From Spizellomyces punctatus DAOM BR117 (Eukaryota), in assembly GCA_000182565.2 (NCBI GenBank), contig KQ257453.1: DNA of 64,000 bases. One strand, given 5' to 3'. The notes under the pieces were generated by a model. The model made no database searches, was not told the origin of the DNA, and saw only the letters and a list, made by a program, of their open reading frames with translations. Both the position numbers and the translations under genes were made by a program. Below, piece by piece: positions 13,074-26,498 of the stretch; positions within the stretch are counted from its first letter, which is position 1, and each line of letters begins with the position of its first letter.

Positions 13074-13566
13074 GCATAGCACTAGTATGATGGTCTGTAG
13101 ATTTGTTGCGATATATATCTATTATTTCTTTGTATTTTTGTATGACAATAGGTGATGTGTGTTGCAGTCATTGTAATTCTCAACATTTCTGACTCGCACA
13201 TGTCAATCAACAAGAAAAACTATCCAAAGATCTAATACATAAATTGTAGAACTGCCGTTTATGATCTTCAGGGTCATAGAAGGAAATGCGCGTGTCATAA
13301 GCAGCGTCGGAGAGCGCGAAGAAGCGCGCAGCAATCCAAGACGCAGAATATGATATATAAAGTCCCAGAATTGTGACATGCCCCGCGCTAGAGAGGTTTT
13401 TGTTCATCCCTTTGTTATACACCAGGTATCAAGATAACTTTCAATCTGGGAATGCAGTTGCATGTCTGCTTTGCAGCTGCTTAGACCTGTCGACACCCTC
13501 TCGCGTCAGGTATTGTAGATCCATCAAGCTTGACAGCCAGTAGACTACAGGAAAGCTGTGCGCATC

Positions 13567-16090
13567 ATGCTTGAACAGGTTTTCTTGGTTCTCCTGCAAG
13601 GTAAGAACGAGACCGTGCACGATCTTAAGCAAGAAAATATGGTTTTTTTAAAGCAACAATGCTGATTTGGAATTTCAGTGCTTGCGCTCCGCAGTGTCCA
13701 TGTAACCTGCCACCCGAACCACCCTAACATTGCCCCCCAAAACGCCCTTCATCCTCGCGCTAGTAACGAGCGATATTCAAGACAGTATGCCACTCTCGTC
13801 TTACTAAATACACCGGGGGCGACTCCCAATCCGGCGCTGCTGCCCGATGCCGCATCCCTCAGTCTTATTAACACAAAACCAGAACCAACAACCTTATCGG
13901 GCAGCGCCCAAGGGACTCCCGAAACCAGCGATTCCCAACAGAATTGTCCAGTCGGAAAATACCGCTCATCAGACTCGCGTGAATGTCTGTTATGTAAGAC
14001 CGGAATCAGTGCACCAGAATGTGCGGCAACAGGAACTACCACACACAGTTCTGCCGAGCCACTTAGTCGTGGCGGTTGGGATAACTTGAATGGAGGGGCG
14101 AAAGCTGCGGTGGTTGGTGGACCTGCAATAGCACTCGCTGGACTGTGCATTATGGCCTGGTTGTGTGTTCGCCAACGGAAGAGCAAAAAGGAATACCTGC
14201 AAATAAAGGAACATGGTACTAAACCTGACGACATGGTTACTGTGAGATCTATGCAAGGTAAGACATTGGTTGAAACTATCATTTTCAAGTCTTTTGGCTA
14301 ATGAAATCACAGCCGTCGAGCCAATCTTGCCGGATCTCACTGTAGTCGAGGTTAAGGAGCCCCCACATGCGCATTTAAATCCCACCGCCGACCAACCTCC
14401 AATAGTACCTCGGAAGACAAGCTTGGAGTCCAAGCGAGACGGTCAATCCGAGATGCAGGTTCAACGACCACCATCAACATGGCCTGGACAATCGAAACGA
14501 CAACGGGCTCCGTTCGCCCGCTCTTTGGGTCAAGCCCTCACTCAGGGAATAGCACAGCGATGGCATAGACTCAATACCTCCAACGAAATCTGTCCTAAAC
14601 CACCCATGGAAATGATCATGGCTGATCAGCGAGTTGGGCAGAGAGACTGGAAACAATCTCAGTCCGCTGCACACCAAGAAGACTCGCAGCCTCTTATGAG
14701 CACGGAATCCACGACGGCAGATTTCTTGATGGACAACGTTGGAGAACTTGAAGAACAGGAAGCGCAGCAGCAGCGACCGCAGGAGAGTCGCGAATTCGAC
14801 GCATCCCCCTCATTAGTATCGCCGGTACCACCTGAAGCGAATCCCTTCGTAGACTCAGCGACATACGGTCTAGCTGCGCCGACTACTGAAACCCCGTCGT
14901 TATTATCTCCAAAGATACTGGTGACCGAATCGCCTTCCACCCGCAAGAACAACACTACGGGCAGTCCTCGGCCATCTTCAGATCGCGACCGAGATTTCAA
15001 GGGAGATGATTCCAAATATGCGCGTGCAAAGACTCCAAACCGTACCCGCTCGCCCCTTGCAAGCCTCGCAAACCGCAAGTATTTCGATGACGATGATTTG
15101 CACAACATCAAGCGCCGAAACAAAATCCGGCAGGCTGCGCTCCAGGAGTACGCCTTAAATCAGGCCAAGGGCCCAAAGAAAAGCGGTGAATCCATTCCGA
15201 GTAGCGTCGCCAGCACCAGCAAGTTGAGGCCGGTTCGCAAGAGGACCAAATCGTCGCCCCTGGACGTCATGAATGCAGGAGATGATGTTCCTCTAATCAA
15301 TTTTGTTGGCCTCAAGAAGCCCGCATTGCGGCCCCAAGGTCAACCATCTCACTTTGATGGCTCTGCATCGCTCTATGGCTCATCTCGGTCGCTTGGAGCC
15401 GCCTCGAATTCTTCTGGATACCTTGCATCAGAGTCCTCTCATGGAATGTCCAATTCTTCCAGGGGCTTCCATCGAGACCCTAGGAGGCCATGGGAGAATG
15501 GATTATTCACAGCTGGGTCCATGTTGGCACCTCCTCCAGCTCACCCTCACGCGGCAGTGCCAATGTTGCGTCCGCCGCATGTTGGGATGGCACCAGGGAT
15601 GTATCACCCTGGGTATCGACAAGTGCCTGCCCCAACTGTTCAATCTCCCCATGGAGGCCTCCTACATTGCGCTCCACCTAGCGCGATGTACAATCCGTAC
15701 CCGCCAGCAACAGCCATGAATGGTAACTACTACCGACCTATGCCTCCGATGATGTCGACTAGGCAGGGAGAAGGTCGGGAACGGGAAGGCAGGTCACGCA
15801 GTCGAAGTCGCAACAAAAAGAATGAAGAAAGTGGCTCCATGCGCCGGGCCAAGAGTGCAGGGTCGCGATCGAGGCAAAGGGGGGATGCAAAAGGCAAAGC
15901 ATCAGATTCTTCTCCCTCACGCCGGAGTCGAAGCGCTGGTGGTAGAAAGGAACAGAGGAAAGCAGGTGACAGGCAGAGTGTAATTGAAGAGTTTGAAAAA
16001 CTGAGGAAAAGTAAGGGGAAGGGAAAAGCATTGGAGAGTGATGGCGATCGTACGAATACCGACGACACTAGTGAAGGATCAAGTGAATAG
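13567..16090 (+). CDS. Type I single-pass membrane protein: signal peptide, short Cys-rich ectodomain, ~600-aa disordered cytoplasmic tail
   Basis: Exon 1 MLEQVFLVLLQ spliced (13601-13678) to VLALRSVHVTC gives a signal peptide. Then CPVGKYRSSDSRECLLCKTG and TM helix AAVVGGPAIALAGLCIMAWLCV-RQRK. Intron 14258-14332 joins to ORF 14270..16090. Confidence 0.7.
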
Positions 16091-16379
16091 GGAGGTAATG
16101 GGAAAAACGGTTCGATTATGGAAATTGGTTGAATATAGTGGAAACATATCAAGGAGTTTAGTGCTTGCTGGACTATACTACGTCTTTGTATTTCAAGTCG
16201 CATAGTGTTTTGTAAAAGAAATGTACATAGGAAGATCGAGCTATTAAAGTAAAAACTTTGTTCAAAGAGCCGATGCTTACGAGCGTGTTCTGTCATGGCA
16301 ACAAGCCGACATCCACGTTGATGAACACAGCGCGCTGTGCAGCAAACACAATTTCCTGCTGTGAGATGAAAGGCGAGCA

Positions 16380-17905
16380 ATGAAGTTGATACATAAGCAT
16401 ATCGAAAAGGACCGGTCGGGACAAGTCACTTTACTTCCGGAAGAAGCGGAGGATATGTGGCATGCGTACAACCTGATCGCCAAAGATGATTATCTCAAGA
16501 GCACTACGATTCGGTTAGTAGTTGGTATGACTGGCAGAAGTTTTAGCAAATGGTGGCCTGCTATCGGCTTCAATATTCATTATTCTTCCCTTGACTTTAT
16601 AGGAGAGTTGTATCGGAAACAGCCACCGGAAGTACGGACAAGTCGACTGTTCGTACAGTGCTCACAATACGAGTTGAGGAGGTGGACTTTGATACACAAG
16701 CATGCATGCTCAGAGTATCGGGGAGGAATGTCGTTGAGAACAAGTTTGTGAAGGTGCGCACCAGGTGGGATGGTGTGTATGTCGAGATTGGCATGAATTT
16801 GTTGCTTACGAGGTGTAACACTTTTTACAGATGGGGGCCTACCACACCATCGATCTCGAGCTCAACCGCAACTTCACCCTAGCAAAAGTTGAATGGGACG
16901 TGATCTCGCTCGAACGTATTGATGACGCCTGCAACATTGCGAACAGAGCAGACGTCGCCGCGGTAGTGCTTCAAGAGGGCCTTGCAAATCTATGCCTTGT
17001 AACGCAAAATATGACCATTGTCCGACAACGCATCGAAACCAATATACCACGAAAACGGAAGGGATCGACTACAAATCATGATAAAGGCATGACAAGATTC
17101 TTTGAACAGGTTTATCAAGCTATTTTGCGGCATGTAAATTTCGATATTGTAAAGGTCTTGATTATATCTAGCCCTGGTTTTGTCAAGGTAACAATTCACA
17201 AAACCGATGGTGACGCTTTCCGAACAGACATGAACCCTGTACTTTTATAGGACGCGCTATACCAATATATATTCGCCACAGCTATCCGAACCGACAATAA
17301 AACCATTTTGGAAAACCGTTCTAAATTCCTGCTCGTATACTGCTCCTCGGGTCAAAAGCATGCTCTGACCGAAGTCTTGCAGCAGCCTTCCGTTCAATCA
17401 CAACTAAGCGACACGAAATATGCTACCGAAGTCCGGAGCCTCGATCGTTTCTACCAAATGCTTGCAAACGATCCCGATAGAGCGTTTTATGGATTCAAGC
17501 ATGTGTGCTTGGCTGCTGAGCGGGGTGCGGTGGATACACTGATGGTTACCGATGAACTGTTCAGGTATGCTCGAGGCAGACCATGTCAATCTGTCGTATA
17601 ATATTTTCCTAACAATGGATGCATTTTGCAGATCAGCAGATATTCCTACTCGCCGCAAATATATTGCGTTAGTGGAACAAGTGAGATCAACGGGCGGATC
17701 GGTCCTCATTTTCTCGTCATTGCACACATCTGGGGAGCAGTTGAATCAGTTGACGGGAGTAGCGGCCACATTACACTTCCCACTACCGGATATAGAAGAG
17801 ATTGCAGAGGAGGAGGAGGAAGCTGCGCGGCGGGCCGCAGACGGCAATGTCGATGAAGACCTTGAGAATGATTTTGTGGATAGAGATTTAACCACTGCTG
17901 TATGA
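16380..17905 (+). CDS. DOM34: Pelota / Dom34 ribosome-rescue factor
   Basis: [78 protein letters not shown]. Confidence 0.96.
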
Positions 17906-18275
17906 CCAAGTCTCGCTCTCTTTTGGCGTGTTTCACTATTCCTGTTCCTTGAACGATGGGTTTGAGCGTTCTGTTATAACGTGCGCAGGGGAAGTCCGTG
18001 GTACCACAGCAGGAATTATACCACATTAGACTCTGCACGGATGCCACTGGGTCAAGAGTTCGCTGATAAGGCGGGTGTGCGAATTATGGTATGTGCCAGA
18101 CCAGGCTGGAATGCGAGGAATGAATGCACAATGCCAGGTACTATTGAACAAAACAAAAGAGGCTCGCGCAAAACAAAAAAAAAGAAGCAAAAGTCTCATA
18201 ATTTTCCTCAACGAGTCAAGCGATGAACCCCGCTGCTATCTACATAACACGTAATAATGCAACCACCAACCAGCG

Positions 18276-19962
<1,687 letters not shown>

Positions 19963-21035
19963 CTACAGGAGCCAGATACACAAGGTTAAGGCCACGAACG
20001 ATGACAAGATCTTGGGTCGGTTGTTTGTCGGATCAACAACGTACCTGGCAAATAAAGAAGGCCAAAAGATTGGAAGAAAAGGGGGAAAACAGATGTGGAG
20101 TTGTTTATATGAAAGGTGTAGACCCCAGTCTAAACTGCTCCCCAGCAAAAAGGTGATGTGACCATCGAATTCGCCTCTGATTCGCTGCTTTTTATAGCGA
20201 CCTGATATTCTTAGCTTTCATCTGAAGCAAATCTCGTTACGATTGTTCTCAATAGCCGGAGTTGAATCTCGCGACAAAAATAAATTCAGGATACTTTATA
20301 AAGCCATATACTTTGCATGCACAGCTATGGACACCAGTGAATGCGGCGCTTTAGATCCATTTCTAGAATTAGGGGCTTGCAGAGTGGTCATGCGGCAGCA
20401 AGTAGAGGGAAGAAAAGTTTGGGCATACCCGACGAATTTCTTCATTCATGGCCCGCATTAAGCTGGGTTTAAAAAAACCAGTCGAGACTTAGAAGTAAAG
20501 TAGTGCTCGACAGGGCCAATTGATTTCTGAATGTATACGATCCAACGTAAGCCATACTTTATACACTTGCAAGATGCGCGCTAACCAGGTGGTCGTTCCT
20601 GACGGGGTCAACCATGGTTAAATCTCAACACAATCAGCATCAAAGGGAACCTATTCATGTATGGATCGCATCAATATCAAGAAAGAACTGAGCATAGTCG
20701 GATACTGTTGTTCTTGCCAGTGCCAGTTTGGTATCATGGAAGAATGAAGGGGCAAAAAGTGTTCATATCCAAGAAGCGCGTTCCTTCCGGACATCCAAAG
20801 TTCTCAAATTACATTTAATTCCATTTTAACCACAAACCAATTGAAAGGTTTTATAGTTTAATTAGGCTTTTTATTTTCTACTTAAACTTTTGAGAATATC
20901 AACATTTAGCATACAAAAACTGATGTTTAGAGCAAATCTGGAATACAAAAGTTGTGAAATATTCCCGGGATCACTGGACTATCCTTTGCTGAGATAGTTA
21001 ACTCTGTTCTCTTTCCTGAGGGCAATTGCGCGTAA

Positions 21036-24000
21036 TTACACTATTTGAAAACTGTTTGTCGCACCCGAGTGGGATGTCGTCACCGCGATAGTCTTATGCC
21101 TGTAAAAGATATAGCGGGCGGTGAGTACTGGATCATGTAAAACAAGCTGCACGTCTGGAACTCACCTGCCGAAATATCGAAGGCGATACGTCCCGCTGGT
21201 AAAAAGAAAAATACACAGAAGGATGAGAATGAGAGAATTCCCTAAAACTAGGATACAGACATAAAAAAAAAACAAAACATCTTACGCGAAACTGGGACGG
21301 TTGAGCCAACTCTCCATTCAATGGTACATCTGCTCTCCGCAACGCCAATACGAGCCCATCTATATTTGGTATCCCACCCGGCATCATCCAAGACGACCGT
21401 CCACTTCCCATCCGGCAACTGTCGTTCTACGGTCATGTATGTGCTTGACGCCCCGCCGGGTAACCTTCCATTGGGTATATCAACTGTCCCGCTAGCGCTC
21501 AAGGTATCCGACGTCGATGCACCATTCCGAGGATGTGCGCAGACAAATTCTGCTTTTACGGTATCAGTCCCGACTTTGAAGGGACCAGTACTTGGTTGAA
21601 CCAACACATCGCCAAAGCGTTTGCCCAAGGGTGCAGTGTCAAGTACGACTCCGGTGAGGAAATTCACGTCCTTGTTGTCGGATGGTTCAGTTGTACTCGG
21701 GAAGGCCGGCGAAGGCGGTGGCATGGAACCAGTGGCAAAGGAGTGAGCCAGAGTGGTGAAGGATTGAATATGGCCGTTTAAGGTATTTGGACCAAAAGTG
21801 GTAGAGCCGCCCTCGTAGCGTTGAACTTGGTATTCTTCGAACGTGGTGACCTTGTGTATATAAGGAAGGTAAGTTTAACATAAGCGTCTAATACGACGAG
21901 GCAAAACTGCCTTGGAACAAGCGCCCTTCACAGTGAATCTATTCCTGTAACACTTACGTAGCTAGAATAAAGGTTCGATAATCCGGCAATAACAACCTCA
22001 GCATCCCCATCAACCGTACCGTCCGCAACCATTTGCGCTTTGACAGCATCACGGAGCCTTCTTCCACTCATTGTGGTAATCTCCCCAGGAAACCCGATTA
22101 TCGCCAGCTTCCTGGTGATGAGAAACATCTGAACTGGGAGTTTTTGAGGCTGCCACCAATAAGGCGTCTAACCAGTGAAAAGGCGGATTATAAACCAGTT
22201 TGCTAATAAGAAAGAAACGGGGCAAAAATGGACTTACGCCCATTTCTCCAGTGGCCAGCAAAATAGGCTTTGGTTTGTGGCAATCGACCAGCTCCTGAGA
22301 CGGAGTTTTTAAGAGGTTTCTTACAAAGTTCCAAAAGGGCCGGCCGTTGGGGTCATTTTCACCTTGCCACGATATTCCAGTTGCTGGGTTATCCGTCGTA
22401 CCCGCAGAAAATGCGTATCCCATAGCTGGAGCACACACTTTAACGCTCGCACCAGTGGTGGTATTCGTAATTGTAATTTTTGACATTTCAATCCATGTAT
22501 GGCGGTAGTCAACAACAGCGTTGGAGGACGGCTGAAGCATCTTTGTAGTGGCGGATGGAGGTTGCTTGACTAGGTCTTTGGCTTTCTGGAACTGTCTCTG
22601 ACCAATAATCTCGGTGGAGAGCTGGTCACCGCCTTCTTCATACCCAGGACCGCGAGCGACGCACTTGTCGAGTTTTCCACCACATGAATTTTTGCCGCCA
22701 TCACACGGTTCGCCGGTGTCAATGCATCGAGGTCCTTGGAGATTAGGCGAAACGTCACCCTAGAACAGAGAAAGCGATCAATTCCTAGCTCGTGGATTAA
22801 CGATCATAAACTAGTCTGTTCAATCATACCGCATTTGTCTGCGCAAACGCTGCGACAAAGCCCAGATTCATATTGCTCCGCTCTTCCAGTTCCCACATAT
22901 ATGATGCATAACCTTTGTTATCTCCAGACACCAAAGAATTGCTAGCGTTCATAGAAACAGGATGAACAGCGAACCAATTCACAACGCCTCGAAGACGAGT
23001 GCCGGATTTATCTTTGATCGAAAGCAGAACCATGGTTTTATCCACGTTATCGGAATACCGAGCTCGTTCTTGTGCTGGGTTGTTGGCATAGGATTGAGGA
23101 GAGCGATTGATGGATGCATTGTCGAGGGGTCCACTGGTAACAGTTGCGATGCCCGGGGTAAAGTCTTGGTGGGCAGCAAAAATGGCATCGGCAATGCCTT
23201 GGGCAATGGCTTCGCGGGCGCCAGGAGTTACCCCTAAGCGGTATAACCATAAGAATGCGATCAAAACTTGCTCACGTATAGCATAACACCTACCGAAATT
23301 GGGTACTTGGTACATGCTATCCGTCATCCGTCATTAAAACACCGGGTCAATAAAAATGATGGTTCATGCAAAAAGAGATGGGGTACATACAAATCATCGT
23401 TATATCCCCCAGGCCCGGAATGAGTATGAGTCGATGAAATCATGACATTATCCACCGAATACAAGGCAGCCTCTGTTGGAGAGAGTTTGTTTTGAAGGTA
23501 CCGTACGGCTAGCTTTCGAACTCGATGGGATGGGGAACCCGTCTCGGCGGACACAAATACTACCCGTCGTGCGGGATTGGATGAGGTTGAAAAGATGAAC
23601 GCTGTGATGGACGACACCTTTCGGTTAGTGAGGGCCTATTTTATAAAAGAGCGGTCAATGCCATACGACTCTACCGACCACGAGCTTTTAGCCGTAAATG
23701 TACGCCGTTGGCTTTTTGGTTCAGTTCCGCATATCCTACATTGTTCACAACAGATACGTTAAAAGCATGGAACAAGCACTACTGACATCAAGCTATGCGC
23801 ATGGTATATAACGATCGATAAAGCCATGTATATGACATCTCTTCACCACATCAGGCCGTGGCATTGCGTATATTATAACATGTCACCACTCACCCATCAT
23901 GGTGATCTCTCCAATTGGCCCTGTAATGTCTGCTATACCCACACCGACCTTTTGAGGAAAACAGTCACATCAAGAACGTTTATCCTCTAAACTTATGCAG

Positions 24001-24133
24001 TGCGACAAACCATCAACTCGTCAGAGACTTGACGCGGTCGGAACGTCGTAGGAGCGGCAACAGCATGGTTAAGCAGAAGGCAGGCCACCGCAAGGATGAT
24101 TCCTATCATAGTTGTGACGCTCATAGAATGCAT
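21036..24133 (-). CDS. Secreted neutral/alkaline (non-lysosomal) ceramidase
   Basis: Signal peptide, GVGIADITGP, SSTHTHSGPGG, NWFAVHPVSM, AFAQTNAGDVSPN, PGEITTMSGRRLR and EEYQVQRYEGGST motifs across many exons. Confidence 0.93.
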
Positions 24134-25342
24134 TATGGCCCTTTTTACAGGTAGGCAGCCGTTTTTAAGGAATATCCAGGTCTGTCAGATGGGGAGGGGT
24201 ACCAAGCTACTTAATTCTATTACGTGCTCAAATTCAACATTGGGAAACCCTTCCCTTTTCAACAATTCTGCCCATTTATTTTCTATGATAAAATGGGGTT
24301 ACATGTGTGCTTATCAAGAGACCAAGCACAAAAGTCTGCCAGTTTTTTTTTCGTTGGATGACCTCCATTTGCAGACACAAGTTGGCTCACCTCCATGAAC
24401 ACATCGGGCGATCACAGGCACAGTCACGCAACTCTCTCGTAATCCGGAATTGCTGGTTTTTTACCCTTTGGCGAAATTGGAACACTTCCAACGACTGTCG
24501 AGCTTTTCATGGCAAAGAATGGGCCATAACATAGTTCCAGATCGTTGCGTTGTTTACCAAATAAGATAGGATTGCACTCGATTAGGAACATTCTTATTCC
24601 ATTTCGTTTAGGGCCTTCCAAATGTTTACAACCATCCAAATGGATGTGATCATTATTCCGTGTAGACGATTACTCAAAACATTGTTCATTTTTACGTTTT
24701 GGTAGCTTGCTCCAAAGAGATTTCTTGTTGCGCAAATAGTTTGCAGCACATCCCCTGAAAACACAATAGCCAACAGAAATCAGAGTGTTCTACAGCAGAA
24801 TGGTGACGCAACCACTGAAATCCCCGAGATTCGGAGGACAACTCGAATTTAGAGCTTTGGAACACAATAGAACGAGCGGTTATTACATTGTGGTATTTCG
24901 CCGTCAAACACTTGAAATCGAGTACAGGATAATGCTCCATAAGATTTGCCCAAAATTCCTGTGTAATTGTTACTTTGTCAAAAGGATGATATAAGCTGTT
25001 GACCGATGCTGGAGGTCTGGGAGGTTTGGAAGTAGGGAGGAACCAATCAGAATTGGTTCGATCCTCACAAAGCGCGTCCTGTCGTGTCGCGGTTACTCGC
25101 GTCTGGGGGCGAACTTTTGCTGTAACGTACCTTTTGAGGCATCTTGGTTCAAAAACGAACGCTGGAGCAGCATATCCAGAACCTTTTACGATACCGCGGG
25201 ACACTCTGACGTTGGTATGTGTCGGGCCACTTCTTTTGAAGCGGCTCTGGGAGTTGGGTCATTGTGAGAAACGGAAGAGCTCAAGCCCTATTTTCTCGTG
25301 TTTAGTAGCAACGTTGAGCCATAGTCGTATCGGAGTGCAACA

Positions 25343-26498
25343 ATGCTTAGCACCCAATTACCAGATCGAAACCTACTGGAGAACGGTCCAGAAGACGAGG
25401 ACAGCAGTACAATATTAGCAAGTAAACCAGAAGATATGCTGGACGAACCACATCCGAAACCGAGGGATCCTGCTTCCGTCAACGACTACAATGAAAGTAA
25501 TAGGAATGACTCCACTTTGGGGCTTCAACTTCCTTCATCGTTGGATCTATTAGCTCATGCAGCAACCGAGTCATTTACACGAAAGCGAAAGATGAGCGAA
25601 AGTGACACTGTGGATAAAGAGAAAGACGGGAGTGTCGATGACAGTAAGAGATGTCGAGCCGATCAAGTGTCTGAATTGGTAAAGAGTGCCATGGTCATTG
25701 CAACATTATTGAGCGTATTTGTAACCTTGTTGTGTAACAGCATTCCCAAGATCCGACCCTTCTTTTCAATCTACTCACACAGGAGCGTTCCAACAATGCC
25801 AGTCTCATCAAAGATTTGGAGCTCCTACATACATCACATGCCGCCAAAAACCTCCATATCACTCAACTGGAAGCGGTCAACGAAGAGCTGGTAAACCTAC
25901 TAGTGGAGAGAGATCGAAGAATCGAGGACCTAGTCAGGGCTCTTGTCGGTGGCGCTGGTTCATCTTCCGCGGCAGCACCCAGATCTGAGCCTCATATAAC
26001 CACCTCTATAACCCTCAAACCCAGCAAAACCATCATCGCAAACGTCCCAACCACTCCAACTGACAGCTTACCCCCAACCCCCGATACTACTATCATAAGC
26101 CCCCAACAACCACCAGCGCTCTCAACAGCAAACTGGGGTGGCATCCCAGTCTACCAGCTCCATCTCGCAAGCACAACGATCATGCGCCGAAAAACGGATT
26201 CTTGGATCAATGTGACCCACGTCCTCAAAGCTGCAAATATTCCGCGTGGATCTCGTTTGAGAATTTTGGAGAAGGAAATGCATACTGGCGAACATGAGAA
26301 GATTCAGGGTGGGTACGGAAAATATCAAGGGACCTGGTGAGTTTGCATTGTGTACCATGTACAGCTACAAGTTCAATTGTTCATCCCCTCCCCTTCATTA
26401 GGGTCCCGCTTCACCGTGCTTACAAACTGGCGGAACGGTACGGCCTGCTACAAACGCTGAGTCCCATATTCAATGTGGAATGTTTTATCAGAGAATAG
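25343..26498 (+). CDS. KilA-N/APSES (Mbp1/Swi4-type) DNA-binding protein, domain at the C-terminus, no ankyrin repeats
   Basis: GIPVYQL..IMRRKTDSWINVTHVLKAA..RILEKEMHTGEHEKIQGGYGKYQGTW|VPLHRAYKLAERYGL..LSPIF, then stop at 26496-26498. The true start may lie further upstream. Confidence 0.88.

Noticed and set aside
24692-25330. ORFs upstream of the KilA-N gene and a GTATGT donor near 25214
   Set aside because: Could be a 5' exon of the KilA-N gene, but frame and start cannot be fixed from sequence alone.
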